Assembly (NCBI GenBank): GCA_024636395.1
Contig: JAGXHD010000088.1
Location: 1 to 37,472 of the forward strand
DNA length: 37,472 nt
DNA from: Sulfitobacter sp.
GTDB lineage: Bacteria; Pseudomonadota; Alphaproteobacteria; Rhodobacterales; Rhodobacteraceae
Direction of reading: 5' to 3'
In this document: piece after piece, positions 27,245 through 37,131 of the stretch
Numbering within the stretch: position 1 is the first letter of the stretch
Layout of the letters: each line of letters opens with the position of its first letter
Program-made: the position numbers and the translations under genes
The notes under the pieces: generated by a model
Database searches by the model: none
Seen by the model: only the letters and a program-made list of their open reading frames with translations
Told to the model about the DNA's origin: nothing

Positions 27245-28174
27245 ATGTTGGCGATCTTCCTTAAAACACTTCCCTTTTTTGCGCTTATCGGGCTGGGCTA
27301 TTGGGCCGGGCGCACGCGGTTTTTCACCTCCGAAGCGACGGCCTATCTGACGAAATTCGTGTTCTACTTCGCCCTTTCCGCGATGTTGTTCAATTTCTCC
27401 GCCAACCTGTCACTGGCCGAAGTCTGGGATACGCGTCTGGTCGCGGCGTATCTGTGGGGGACCCTGTTCGTCTACGGCATCGCGACGCTGGTCTGCTATT
27501 TCCGGGGCCTCAATATCGAGGTGAGTGCGATCGAAGCGCAATGCGCAGTGATCGGTAATGTGGGCTTTCTCGGCGTACCAATGCTCACGCTGCTGCTGGG
27601 GCCAGAGGCGATCGGCCCTGTGATGATGGCACTCGCGGTCGATCTGATCGTGTTTTCCTCGCTTATCACGATTCTCATCACCGGCTCGCGCGACGGGCGG
27701 ATGAGCCTCGCAATCCTCAAGACCGTGGGCCGTGGCTTGGTCAAGAACCCGATGATCGTGGCGATTACGCTGGGCCTGCTATGGTCCGGCCTCAAACTGC
27801 CGATTCCCGTACCGATGAACGAATTTCTTGCGCTGCTCGGTGCCGCCGCGACACCCGGCGCGCTCTTCGCCATCGGGGCCTCGCTGGCATCCAAATCGGC
27901 GGAGCGTCTGTCGGTCGCGGGCTGGCTCAGCTTTTGCAAGCTGGTGCTGCATCCGCTGTTCGTGGCCTTCGCCTGTTTCGTGCTATTCAAGGTCGAGCCC
28001 TATCAGGCCATGGTGATCATCTCCGCGTCTGCCCTGCCGGTGGCGGGCAACGTCTATATCCTCGCCCAGCACTACAACGCCTCGCCCCAGCGTGTCTCTG
28101 CCGCGATTCTTGTCTCGACCGCCTTGAGCATCGTTACCGTGAGCCTGTGGATCGCGTGGCTGACCACCACCTAG
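27245..28174 (+). CDS. AEC (auxin efflux carrier) family transporter
   Basis: This 309-aa polytopic protein has an N-terminus LKTLPFFALIGLGYWAGR typical of the AEC family. Confidence 0.8.
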   Translation: MLAIFLKTLPFFALIGLGYWAGRTRFFTSEATAYLTKFVFYFALSAMLFNFSANLSLAEVWDTRLVAAYLWGTLFVYGIATLVCYFRGLNIEVSAIEAQCAVIGNVGFLGVPMLTLLLGPEAIGPVMMALAVDLIVFSSLITILITGSRDGRMSLAILKTVGRGLVKNPMIVAITLGLLWSGLKLPIPVPMNEFLALLGAAATPGALFAIGASLASKSAERLSVAGWLSFCKLVLHPLFVAFACFVLFKVEPYQAMVIISASALPVAGNVYILAQHYNASPQRVSAAILVSTALSIVTVSLWIAWLTTT

Positions 28175-28233
28175 CGCTTGCCCCCCGCGCCCTCCCTCGC
28201 TAGCCAAGGGGAAACCTCGAAAAGGAGATCTCC

Positions 28234-29067
28234 ATGGAAACGCTCTCATCCAACGCCTGTTTCGGCGGCACGCAGCACGTGATCAAACACGCGTCCGCCA
28301 GCTGCGCCTGCGATATGACAGTCGGCCTGTTTCTGCCCGCCGAGGCGCGGGACGGACCAGTCCCGGTGCTATGGTTCCTTTCAGGCCTAACCTGCACCCA
28401 CGAGAACGCGATGGTGAAAGCAGGCGCACAGGCTTGGGCAGCTGAGCAGGGGATCGCACTGGTTTTCCCCGATACGTCACCGCGCGGCGACGGCATCGCC
28501 GATGATGAGGCCTATGATCTTGGGCAGGGTGCAGGCTTTTACGTCAACGCGACGCAGGACCCCTGGCAGCCACACTACCAAATGTGGAGCTATATCTCTG
28601 AGGAATTGCCCGCACTGTTGGCCGGGCATTTTGCGCTCGATATGGAGCGGCAGGCGATCATGGGCCATTCGATGGGCGGGCATGGCGCGCTCACGCTTGC
28701 GATGTCATTGCCCGGGCGCTTCGCCTCTGTTTCCGCCTTTGCGCCCATCGCGCATCCCACGGCCAGCGATTGGGGCCGCAAACAGCTCTCAGCCTATCTC
28801 GGACCGGATGAGAGCACTTGGGCCGCGCATGATGCGACCCTGCTGATGCAGGACCAGGGATTTGACGGGCCTGTGCTGATCGATCAGGGCACCGATGACC
28901 AGTTCCTTGATCTGCTCCAGCCCGAAGCACTAAGTGCGGCAATGGCCAAACGCCGACAGAACGGCACGTTCCGGATGCAGCCCGGATACGACCACAGCTA
29001 TTTCTTCATTGCGACGTTCATGGAAGATCATGTGACCTTCCACGCCGATGCCCTGTGGTCCGCATGA
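28234..29067 (+). CDS. fghA: S-formylglutathione hydrolase (esterase D family)
   Basis: FGG.Q.V.KH.S..C...M.VGLFLP, the [10 protein letters not shown] nucleophile elbow and the DQGT.D.FL / GYDHSYFFI blocks are present. Length is 277 aa. Confidence 0.88.
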   Translation: METLSSNACFGGTQHVIKHASASCACDMTVGLFLPAEARDGPVPVLWFLSGLTCTHENAMVKAGAQAWAAEQGIALVFPDTSPRGDGIADDEAYDLGQGAGFYVNATQDPWQPHYQMWSYISEELPALLAGHFALDMERQAIMGHSMGGHGALTLAMSLPGRFASVSAFAPIAHPTASDWGRKQLSAYLGPDESTWAAHDATLLMQDQGFDGPVLIDQGTDDQFLDLLQPEALSAAMAKRRQNGTFRMQPGYDHSYFFIATFMEDHVTFHADALWSA

Positions 29068-29519
29068 CAGCGGTCTACATCGATGCGGATGCCTGCCCCG
29101 TAAAGGAAGAGGCGGAGCGGGTGATCACGCGACACCGGATCAAGATGTATGTCGTCTCGAACGGTGGTCTGCGCCCCTCGCAAAACCCTTTTGTCGAAAT
29201 GGTTATCGTGCCGGATGGCCCTGACGTTGCCGATATGTGGATCGCGGAGCGGTGTACCCGCGGCGATGTCGTTGTTACCGGTGACATTCCGCTGGCCGCG
29301 AAATGCGTCGAGGCCGGCGCGCGTGTGATTAAGCACAACGGCGAGGCGCTCACGCAGGCCAACATCGGTAACGTACTGGCCACCCGCGATCTGATGACCG
29401 ATCTGCGCGCCGCCGATCCCTTCCGGCAAGGCGGCGGCAAGGGGTTTACAAAAGCCGACAGGTCGCGCTTTCTGGAAGCGCTGGAGCGGGAAATCAGGGC
29501 GGCAGGCAAGCTCACCTAG
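29064..29519 (+). CDS. yaiI: YaiI/YqxD (UPF0178) family protein
   Basis: The N-terminus [13 protein letters not shown] and [10 protein letters not shown] are present. There is an ATGA overlap with the fghA stop. Confidence 0.8.
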   Translation: MTAVYIDADACPVKEEAERVITRHRIKMYVVSNGGLRPSQNPFVEMVIVPDGPDVADMWIAERCTRGDVVVTGDIPLAAKCVEAGARVIKHNGEALTQANIGNVLATRDLMTDLRAADPFRQGGGKGFTKADRSRFLEALEREIRAAGKLT

Positions 29520-29561
29520 CCGCAGAACTTATAATTTCTTAACCCCGTTGAGAGGTTGAAA

Positions 29562-30182
29562 ATGATACCCAAGGCTGTGGTTTTCGACATCGGAAACGTG
29601 CTGATCGAGTGGCAGCCAGAGCGGTTTTTCGATGCGCAAATCGGAACAGATCGCCGTTCCGCCCTCTTTGGCGCAATTGATCTGCACGCAATGAACGACC
29701 GCGTCGACCGTGGAGAGAACTTCACCGAGGTGCTGACGCGGACGGCGCGCGCACATCCCGAATGGCAGCAGGAGATTGATCTATGGCACGACCGCTGGCT
29801 CGATATGGCGAGCCCTTCAATCGATCATTCCGTGCGGCTCATGGAGGCCCTTCAGGCGCGCGGCATGCCGGTATTCTCGCTGACAAATTTTGGCATTGAG
29901 ACCTACGCACTCGCAGCGACCAAATATGCCTTTCTGCGCGGCTTTAACCGTGATTTCATTTCCGGTCATCTGGGCGTGATCAAGCCCGATCCGCAGATCT
30001 ATGAGATGCTGGAGACTGGCTCCGGTCTGTCGGGCGATGCGCTACTGTTTACCGATGATCGCACTGAAAATATCGCCGCTGCCGCCGCACGGGGCTGGCA
30101 GACACATCTGTTCGAGGGTCCAGGAGGCTGGGCGGACCGCCTTGTCGCCGCAGGGCTGCTCACGCCGGAGGAGGCACAATGA
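29562..30182 (+). CDS. HAD-IA family hydrolase
   Basis: Motif I is VVFDIGNVLIEW. SLTN and the TDD region are also present. The RBS gagagg lies 6 nt before ATG 29562. Confidence 0.75.
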   Translation: MIPKAVVFDIGNVLIEWQPERFFDAQIGTDRRSALFGAIDLHAMNDRVDRGENFTEVLTRTARAHPEWQQEIDLWHDRWLDMASPSIDHSVRLMEALQARGMPVFSLTNFGIETYALAATKYAFLRGFNRDFISGHLGVIKPDPQIYEMLETGSGLSGDALLFTDDRTENIAAAAARGWQTHLFEGPGGWADRLVAAGLLTPEEAQ

Positions 30183-31102
30183 CAAATATCCCGTTCATCC
30201 CCTTCGAGGCCGGTGAAAAACTACTCGACTGGATCGCGCTCACCGACGCGTTCGCGCTAGGCCACACCCGCCCAAAAGCGGAAATCGGCGATACGTTTCT
30301 CTACCGCGATCCCGATACCCTGCTGAGCCGCGCGGCATGGATCGACGGGATGGGGATTGCCGTAAAATCCGCGACGATATTTCCGGGCAACACGGATCGC
30401 GGTAAGCCCAACATCAACGGCGGGGTCTGCCTCTACTCCGACACCGACGGCACGCTGGAAGCGATCATCGATTTTCATCTGGTGACGAAGTGGAAGACCG
30501 CAGGTGACAGCCTGCTGGCCGCGCGGCGGCTGGCCCGGCCCGACAGTGAGCATATCCTGCTCGTGGGGGCGGGCACGGTGGCGCGGTCCTTGCATGCCGC
30601 CTACTCCGCCGCGTTTCCTCAGGCCTCGTTCACCGTCTGGAGCAGGACACCGCAAAGCGCACAGGCGCTGGCAGACTCGCTCCCCGATGTGGCGATTGCG
30701 GATGATCTGCAAGATGCTGTCGAGCGCGCCGACATCATCGGGACAGCCACCATGACGACCGAGCCGATCATCGAGGGGGCCTGGCTGCAACCCGGTCAGC
30801 ACCTCGACCTCATCGGCGCCTACCGCCCCGATATGCGCGAAGTGGACGATGAAGCGTTGGCGCGCGCGCGGCTCTTCGTGGACAGCACCGACACGACGCT
30901 GGGCCACATCGGCGAACTCAAGATCCCGCTGGAGACGGGCGCGATCCACCGCGACGATATCGTCGCAGATTATTACGATCTGGCAGCCTTTACACGTCGC
31001 TCCGATGATGAAATCACAATCTGCAAGAACGGTGGTGGCGCTCATCTGGATCTGATGACCAGCCGCTATATTCTCGATCAATGGCGCAAGGCCGCCCCGT
31101 GA
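30179..31102 (+). CDS. Ornithine cyclodeaminase / mu-crystallin family protein
   Basis: Rossmann motif LLVGAGTVARS, 307 aa, family-typical N-terminus. There is an ATGA overlap with the HAD gene. Confidence 0.75.
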   Translation: MTNIPFIPFEAGEKLLDWIALTDAFALGHTRPKAEIGDTFLYRDPDTLLSRAAWIDGMGIAVKSATIFPGNTDRGKPNINGGVCLYSDTDGTLEAIIDFHLVTKWKTAGDSLLAARRLARPDSEHILLVGAGTVARSLHAAYSAAFPQASFTVWSRTPQSAQALADSLPDVAIADDLQDAVERADIIGTATMTTEPIIEGAWLQPGQHLDLIGAYRPDMREVDDEALARARLFVDSTDTTLGHIGELKIPLETGAIHRDDIVADYYDLAAFTRRSDDEITICKNGGGAHLDLMTSRYILDQWRKAAP

Positions 31103-32052
31103 TCTGGCTCCTCCTTATCCTTGTCGTCGTGGCGGCCGTTTCAGCGCCTTTCGTGATCGAGCACTACCGCATGCGAATGCAGGACGGGCGGCGCGGCTCT
31201 GCCCCGGGGCATTTCGCCGAATTATCCCAAGGTGTGACACATTACCTCGTCAGCGGCCCACCGGAAGGCCCTTTGGTGGTCTGCATCCATGGGCTGACCA
31301 CACCCAGCTTTGTCTGGGCGCCGCTGACCAGAGGGCTGGTTGCTTTAGGGTTTAGGGTACTTGTGTATGATCTCTACGGGCGCGGGTTTTCCGATCGGCC
31401 TGCGGGCGTTCAGGATAAGGGATTTTTCAACACGCAGCTTGAAGATCTGTTGCTCCATCTCGAAATCAAGGGGCCGTTTCACCTCATCGGCTATTCGATG
31501 GGCGGCGCCATCGCCGCAGGTTTCGCTGCAGTGTCTGCAACGCGTGTGCGGCAGTTGGTGCTGCTGGCGCCCGCAGGTATGATGCTGCGGCAGACACCCA
31601 TGCTCAAGGCCCTTCGCGAGCGCAAGTTCATCGGGACCTGGCTCATGCTCGCAGCCTATCCCACACAGATGCGCAAGGGTATCCGCGCTGAGCGCGCCCT
31701 GCCCGGCACCGGCGCGGAGATCACTGATGGACAGGAGCGGCAGCTGAAGTTTCGCGGCTTCGTACCCGCCGTCCTTTCCAGCATCAGGGGCATCTTGAGC
31801 CACCCGATGGAGGGGGAGCACACGGCACTGCGGCGCATAGGCCTGCCCGTTCTGGCGATCTGGGGCGCCGACGATACCGTCATTCCCGCCAGTGCGATGG
31901 GGCAAATGGCAGTGTGGAACCGCGATGCGGTGCACGAAGTGGTCGAGGACGCGGGCCACGGACTGCCCTACACTCACACCGCCGAGGTGCTTGCCCATAT
32001 CGTGGCGTTTTTGCCGCCACCCCAAGGCGATGACTGTGGTAATGATCCGTGA
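31081..32052 (+). CDS. Alpha/beta hydrolase
   Basis: An N-terminal TM helix, an HG motif (VCIHGLT) and the nucleophile elbow GYSMGG are present. An alternative start is GTG 31099, which would give a GTGA overlap with the OCD stop. Confidence 0.75.
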   Translation: MAQGRPVIWLLLILVVVAAVSAPFVIEHYRMRMQDGRRGSAPGHFAELSQGVTHYLVSGPPEGPLVVCIHGLTTPSFVWAPLTRGLVALGFRVLVYDLYGRGFSDRPAGVQDKGFFNTQLEDLLLHLEIKGPFHLIGYSMGGAIAAGFAAVSATRVRQLVLLAPAGMMLRQTPMLKALRERKFIGTWLMLAAYPTQMRKGIRAERALPGTGAEITDGQERQLKFRGFVPAVLSSIRGILSHPMEGEHTALRRIGLPVLAIWGADDTVIPASAMGQMAVWNRDAVHEVVEDAGHGLPYTHTAEVLAHIVAFLPPPQGDDCGNDP

Positions 32053-32059
32053 TTAAACC

Positions 32060-33295
32060 CTAGGCCGGCACCAGCCGAACAGGTTTCTCCCGGATCGGCA
32101 GATGCACGATCGCGCTGAAAGCGCCCACGGCGACACCGATCCACCACACGGTGGTATATGTGCCGTAAACATCATACATCCGGCCGCCCAGCCAGACGCC
32201 GACAAAACTGCCCAGCTGGTGGCTGAAAAAGATGATGCCATAGAGCGTCCCCATGTATCGCAGCCCGTAGAGATGCGCGATGAGGCCCGAGGTCAGCGGC
32301 ACCGTCGCGAGCCACAACGAGCCCATAAGAACCGAAAAGATCATCACACTCATCGGTGTGATCGGCATCAGAATAAATACTGCCGCGACGATCGTGCGGC
32401 CCAGATAGATCCCTGCCAGCAGATATTTCTTGGAATACCGCTTGCCCGCCCAGCCGGCCAGCAGCGTGCCACCCACATTCGCTGCCCCAATGAGCGAGAT
32501 CGCGACGGCGCCCAGCGCGGAGGTGGTCGTGATCCCGACGGTATGCAGGAGGCTCCCCGCAAGAATCGGGCCGCACATCTCTGTTACAAAGGCCGGAAAA
32601 TGCGCCGTGATGAAGCCAAGCTGATAGCCGCAGGAGAAGAAGCCAAGGAAAATGAGCGTGTAGCTGGGATCCCTGAACGCGCGTATAAGGATGGTGCCCA
32701 TGGCCTCCTCGATCTCCGTCCGCTCGGCCTGAACCGGCGCGCGCATGAACGGCAGCGACAGGATCATCGCAAGGATCGCGGCGGCAAAGACACAAAACAC
32801 CATCTGCCAGCTCATCATTCCGAGCAGATATTCGGCTATCGGGGCGCCGAAAATCTGGCCCGCACTGCCCGCCGCCGTGATCACCGCCAAAGACATCGAG
32901 CGGTTGTCGTCCGACGCCGCCCGCGCCACCACCGCAAGGATTACGCCAAATCCGGTCCCCGCGATCCCGAAACCCACGAGCCACGCATAGGTTTGCAGCC
33001 CGAGCGGCGTATCCGCCCCCGCCGACAGCACCAGCCCCAGCGCATAAATCACCGCGCCCAAGATGATTGCCTTGCGGTCCCCGAGCTTCTCCGCCATCGC
33101 GCCAAAGAACGGCTGACTGATCCCCCAGGCAAGGTTCTGGATTGCGATCGCCAGCGAGAATTCCGCCCTCAGCCAGCCGAATTCCTCTGCGATGGGGATC
33201 TGGAACACGCCGAACGACGCGCGGATGGCAAAGCTCACCATAATAATCGCACAGCCGACGATCAGAACGGGCGTGAAGAGGCTGGATTTCTGCAT
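32060..33295 (-). CDS. MFS transporter
   Basis: About 411 aa and 12 predicted helices, with N-terminus MQKSSLFTPVLIVGCAIIMVSFAIRASFGVF. The first ATG is at 33295, and the ORF is open to TTG 33310. Confidence 0.8.
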   Translation of the reverse strand: MQKSSLFTPVLIVGCAIIMVSFAIRASFGVFQIPIAEEFGWLRAEFSLAIAIQNLAWGISQPFFGAMAEKLGDRKAIILGAVIYALGLVLSAGADTPLGLQTYAWLVGFGIAGTGFGVILAVVARAASDDNRSMSLAVITAAGSAGQIFGAPIAEYLLGMMSWQMVFCVFAAAILAMILSLPFMRAPVQAERTEIEEAMGTILIRAFRDPSYTLIFLGFFSCGYQLGFITAHFPAFVTEMCGPILAGSLLHTVGITTTSALGAVAISLIGAANVGGTLLAGWAGKRYSKKYLLAGIYLGRTIVAAVFILMPITPMSVMIFSVLMGSLWLATVPLTSGLIAHLYGLRYMGTLYGIIFFSHQLGSFVGVWLGGRMYDVYGTYTTVWWIGVAVGAFSAIVHLPIREKPVRLVPA

Positions 33296-33410
33296 TTCGG
33301 GTAATCTCAAGCGGACATGAACGGAACTTGCGCCGGGCGGGGCGCCTCGTCAATCGCGTGATTGTATGCACACACTTTCCAAGCGCCTGACTTGGCGCTA
33401 GGAAACCTTC

Positions 33411-34472
33411 ATGACCAGCTTGCGCACCCAATATGACCAGATGATCTCCGACGGCACCCTGCGGCCCGATCCGGCACAGGAAGCGTTGATGCCCGAGTTT
33501 GACCGCATCCGCGACGCCCTCGCGGAGCCAGTGAAAAAGGGGTTTTTCCGCAAAGCAGCGGAGCCCCCGAGGGGCCTTTATCTGTGGGGAGGCGTGGGCC
33601 GGGGCAAGTCCATGCTGATGGATATGTTTGTGACTAATCTAGGCGAGATCCCCGCGCGCCGCGTCCATTTCCACGCCTTCATGCAAGAAATCCACGCCGC
33701 CATGCACGAAGCGCGCAAAACCGGCGTGGATGATGCGATTGCGCCAGTCGCGAAGGCGGTCAGCAGCAGCGTGCGCCTGCTCGCCTTCGACGAAATGCAG
33801 ATCACGGATATCACCGATGCAATGATCGTGGGCCGTCTCTTTCAGGCGTTGTTTGCCGATGGTGTCGTGGTGATCACCACATCCAACCGCGTGCCGGACG
33901 ATCTCTACAAACACGGGCTCAACCGCGATCTGTTCCTCCCCTTCATCGAGCTGATCAAGGAGCGGATGGTGGTCTATGAATTGGCGAGCCACACGGACTA
34001 CCGGCAGGACCGTCTGGCGGGCAGTCAGGTGTACTTCACCCCCGTCAACGCGGAGAGCCGTGCGGACATGGATGCAGTCTGGAGCGATCTTGCCGGTGGT
34101 GAGGCGGGGCCGTTGACGCTGCGGGTCAAGGGGCGCGAAGTGGTGATCCCCATGTTCCGCAATGGCGTGGGCCGCGCGCGGTTTCACGGGTTGTGCGGCC
34201 AGCCCTTGGGCGCCGCCGATTATCTTGCGATCGCCGAGGCCGTCAAGGTTCTGATGCTCGATGACATTCCCGCACTTGGGCGGACAAATTTCAACGAGGC
34301 GAAGCGGTTTGTGACATTGATCGATGCGCTCTACGAGGCGCGTGTGCGATTGATCTGTTCTGCGGCTGCAGCCCCCGAGATGCTCTACCTCGAAGGAGAA
34401 GGCACGTTCGAGTTTGAGCGCACGGCGTCCCGCCTGCGTGAGATGCAAAGCGACACGTGGGGCAATACCTAA
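33411..34472 (+). CDS. zapE: Cell division protein ZapE (AFG1-like ATPase)
   Basis: Walker A LYLWGGVGRGKSMLMD and Walker B LLAFDEMQITD are present. Length is 353 aa. An AGGAAA RBS is present. Confidence 0.9.
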   Translation: MTSLRTQYDQMISDGTLRPDPAQEALMPEFDRIRDALAEPVKKGFFRKAAEPPRGLYLWGGVGRGKSMLMDMFVTNLGEIPARRVHFHAFMQEIHAAMHEARKTGVDDAIAPVAKAVSSSVRLLAFDEMQITDITDAMIVGRLFQALFADGVVVITTSNRVPDDLYKHGLNRDLFLPFIELIKERMVVYELASHTDYRQDRLAGSQVYFTPVNAESRADMDAVWSDLAGGEAGPLTLRVKGREVVIPMFRNGVGRARFHGLCGQPLGAADYLAIAEAVKVLMLDDIPALGRTNFNEAKRFVTLIDALYEARVRLICSAAAAPEMLYLEGEGTFEFERTASRLREMQSDTWGNT

Positions 34473-34681
34473 TCCGTGCGGACAGCCGTTGCTGCGCCAG
34501 AGGCATCGCCGCGGCTCACCTGATTTTCATCGATGGCCGGATGATAGGGCGCGTGCTGGCCCAAAAGGGTCCAAGCACCGAGAGCCATAATGGTCAAAGC
34601 AACTGTGCTTGCGATCAGCTGGCGCAAGATCTTCGATTTTGCGTCTGCTTTGGCAGGGGTCTGGTGTCTGTTTTTCGTCAT
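34469..34681 (-). CDS. Small single-TM hypothetical protein (70 aa)
   Basis: A basic N-terminus (MTKNRHQTPAKADAKSK) is followed by the TM helix ILRQLIASTVALTIMALGAWTLL. GAGGG lies 8 nt before ATG 34681. The longer 136-aa ORF reads as non-protein-like upstream of this Met. Confidence 0.45.
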   Translation of the reverse strand: MTKNRHQTPAKADAKSKILRQLIASTVALTIMALGAWTLLGQHAPYHPAIDENQVSRGDASGAATAVRTD

Positions 34682-34796
34682 GTCAGGCCCTCGTAGTTTC
34701 CGCGTCAGGGCCCGTTGATCTGCGCCCTCGTCATGATCCTCGCCTAATGAATTATAGGGCCTGCGGTCAATCTGGGCAGTCTCTATTTTGTGTCGG

Positions 34797-36071
34797 CTAG
34801 CTGTTATATCGCAAGATGTTGCCTGCAAGATACAAGGAGCCGCATATGAGCACTCTTGCATACGGTGCATCGCCGACAATCTGCGCCAGCGCCTGAGCCA
34901 CGTCCTCCGCTTCGGTCGCGGTCATTCCAACATCAAGCGCGGCCTTTGCTGTCGCCGCCGCCGGCAGGGTCGCTGCCTCACCGGGGATCGATACCGCGTG
35001 TAGGCCTGCGACATGGGGTGCCAGCGGGCGCAGATAGCCGGTGATGTCCTTGGTGTTGAGCATGCCGCAGATCAGATATGTCGGCACCTGAGGCAGCTCT
35101 CCCAGCACGGTGGCGAGGGCTTGACCCGCTGCGGGGTTATGCCCCCCGTCGAGCCAGAGCTCCGCCTGCCCCGCGATCTCGACGAGTGGCCCTTTTTTGA
35201 GGCGCTGCATCCGCGCGGGCCATTCCGCCTGCGTGACCGCAGCTTCGCACGCCGCCGCATCAAAGCCCAAGGCGCGCAGCGTGGCGATTGCCCCGCCAGC
35301 GTTCTGAACCTGATGCATGCCCGGCAATGTGGGCAACGGCAGATCGAGCAGGCCGCGCTCGTCTTGATAGATCATCCGCCCGGCCTCGCGGCTCACGTGC
35401 CAGTGCTGGCCATAGACGCTGACCGGCGCCATCTGCCGCGCGGCCACCGCTTCGATCACCTCCAGCCCGGCCTCCTGCTGTGGCCCAACGATGCAAGGCA
35501 CCCGGCGCTTGATAATGCCCGCCTTTTCGCCTGCGATTTCCCGCAGCGTCTCACCCAGATATTGCTGATGATCCAGATCCACCGGCGTAATGACGGTCGC
35601 TACCGGTGCGCTGATCACATTGGTCGCGTCCAGCCGCCCGCCAAGGCCCACCTCGAGCAGCGTGTAATCCGCAGGCGTGCGGGAAAAAGCCAGAAGCGCC
35701 GCGCAGGTGGTGATCTCGAAGTAGGTGATGTTTTCACCGCCATTGGCAGCGTAACATTCGTCGAGCACCTGGGTTAGATGCTCTTCCGATATCAGAGTAC
35801 CGGCCAGCCTGATCCGCTCATGAAAGCGCGCCAGATGCGGTGAGGTATAAGCGTGTACGGTCTTTCCAGCAGCCTCCAGCCCTGCGCGGATCATGGCCTG
35901 GGTCGAGCCCTTGCCATTCGTGCCCGCGATGTGGATGACCGGTGGCAGCTTTTTCTGCGGATTGCCCAACGCGTCCAGCAGCCGGAGCATGCGGTCCAGC
36001 GTCAGGTCAATTATCTTGGGGTGCAGGGCCATCATCCGCTCGAGGATGACATCGGAAGTCGGCGTCTTCAT
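34797..36071 (-). CDS. folC: Bifunctional folylpolyglutamate synthase / dihydrofolate synthase
   Basis: P-loop IHIAGTNGKGST and a Mur-ligase-like architecture are present. Length is 424 aa. The gene lies downstream of accD, as is typical. Confidence 0.9.
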   Translation of the reverse strand: MKTPTSDVILERMMALHPKIIDLTLDRMLRLLDALGNPQKKLPPVIHIAGTNGKGSTQAMIRAGLEAAGKTVHAYTSPHLARFHERIRLAGTLISEEHLTQVLDECYAANGGENITYFEITTCAALLAFSRTPADYTLLEVGLGGRLDATNVISAPVATVITPVDLDHQQYLGETLREIAGEKAGIIKRRVPCIVGPQQEAGLEVIEAVAARQMAPVSVYGQHWHVSREAGRMIYQDERGLLDLPLPTLPGMHQVQNAGGAIATLRALGFDAAACEAAVTQAEWPARMQRLKKGPLVEIAGQAELWLDGGHNPAAGQALATVLGELPQVPTYLICGMLNTKDITGYLRPLAPHVAGLHAVSIPGEAATLPAAATAKAALDVGMTATEAEDVAQALAQIVGDAPYARVLICGSLYLAGNILRYNS

Positions 36072-36125
36072 GCAGGGATCTCTTTTCTACGCACGCGGGT
36101 CGCGGGCGGGTCTAGGCCAGCGGAA

Positions 36126-37070
36126 TCATTTTTTCGGGGCCGCGTCCGGCTCCGGTATCTCCGATTCCGACAAGCCGTGAGGCACCTCGGCAGGCGGCGG
36201 CAGATCCCCGCGCACGGCAGGCGGCAGTCCCATCAGCATACGCGTGATCGTGATCAACTCGTCGCGCATATGGGTGCGGGGCGTCACACGGTCGAGCATG
36301 CCATGCTCCAGCAGGTATTCCGCCCGCTGGAAACCCTCGGGTAGTTTTTCGCGGATCGTCTGCTCGATCACCCGCGGCCCGGCAAAACAGATCAGCGCAT
36401 TCGGCTCCGCGATATGCACATCGCCCAACATGGCATAGCTGGCCGTGACGCCGCCCGTGGTGGGATGGGTCAGCACGACGATATAGGGAAGGTCGGCTTC
36501 CTTGAGCATTTGTACCGCGACGGTCGTGCGCGGCATCTGCATCAGGCTCAGGATACCCTCCTGCATGCGCGCGCCGCCCGCAGCCGAGAACAGGATCAAC
36601 GGGCGCTTGAGCCTGACCGCCTCTTCCGCAGCCGCGATGATCGCGTTGCCAACATACATTCCCATCGAGCCCGCCATGAAGCTGAAATCCTGCGCGCAGG
36701 CCACGATCGGTGTCCGGCCGATCTCGCCGGAAACAACAAGCATCGCCTCGGTCTCCTCGGTCGCTTTTTGTGCGGCACGCAGGCGGTCGGGGTATTTCTT
36801 CTGATCGCGAAACTGGAGCGGATCGACGGTGGGCGCAGGTACTTTCACCTCGTTGAACACACCGGAATCAAACAATGCCGCAAAGCGGTCACGCGGGCTG
36901 ATGTGCATATGATGGCCGCAGCTGGTGCATACATTGAGATTGTCACTCACCTCGCGGTGAAACAGCATCGTGCCGCATTCGTCACATTTCGTCCAAAGGT
37001 TCTCGGGGGTCTCGCGGCGCGAAAAGATCGAGTTGATCCGGGGCCGAACGTAATTGTTGATCCAGTTCAT
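36126..37070 (-). CDS. accD: Acetyl-CoA carboxylase carboxyltransferase subunit beta
   Basis: The N-terminal zinc ribbon C.EC......REV...L.VC..CGHH and a carboxyltransferase domain (GGARMQEG) are present. Length is 314 aa. Confidence 0.92.
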   Translation of the reverse strand: MNWINNYVRPRINSIFSRRETPENLWTKCDECGTMLFHREVSDNLNVCTSCGHHMHISPRDRFAALFDSGVFNEVKVPAPTVDPLQFRDQKKYPDRLRAAQKATEETEAMLVVSGEIGRTPIVACAQDFSFMAGSMGMYVGNAIIAAAEEAVRLKRPLILFSAAGGARMQEGILSLMQMPRTTVAVQMLKEADLPYIVVLTHPTTGGVTASYAMLGDVHIAEPNALICFAGPRVIEQTIREKLPEGFQRAEYLLEHGMLDRVTPRTHMRDELITITRMLMGLPPAVRGDLPPPAEVPHGLSESEIPEPDAAPKK

Positions 37071-37131
37071 ATCGCCGCCTCGCTCGCTTTACGTTTCCCC
37101 ACCAAATAAGGCGGACGCGCGGGAATTGCAA

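Noticed and set aside
32102-33431. Two long ORFs (400 aa on the + strand, 419 aa on the - strand) overlapping the MFS transporter gene
   Set aside because: Both are R/P/G/H-rich with no hydrophobic or motif structure. The third frame (32060-33295, -) reads as a clean 12-helix MFS protein.
34751-34756. A perfect TATAAT on the - strand upstream of the small TM ORF
   Set aside because: No acceptable -35 lies at 16-18 nt spacing; the only TTGACC is 8 nt away. It is not sufficient to call a promoter.
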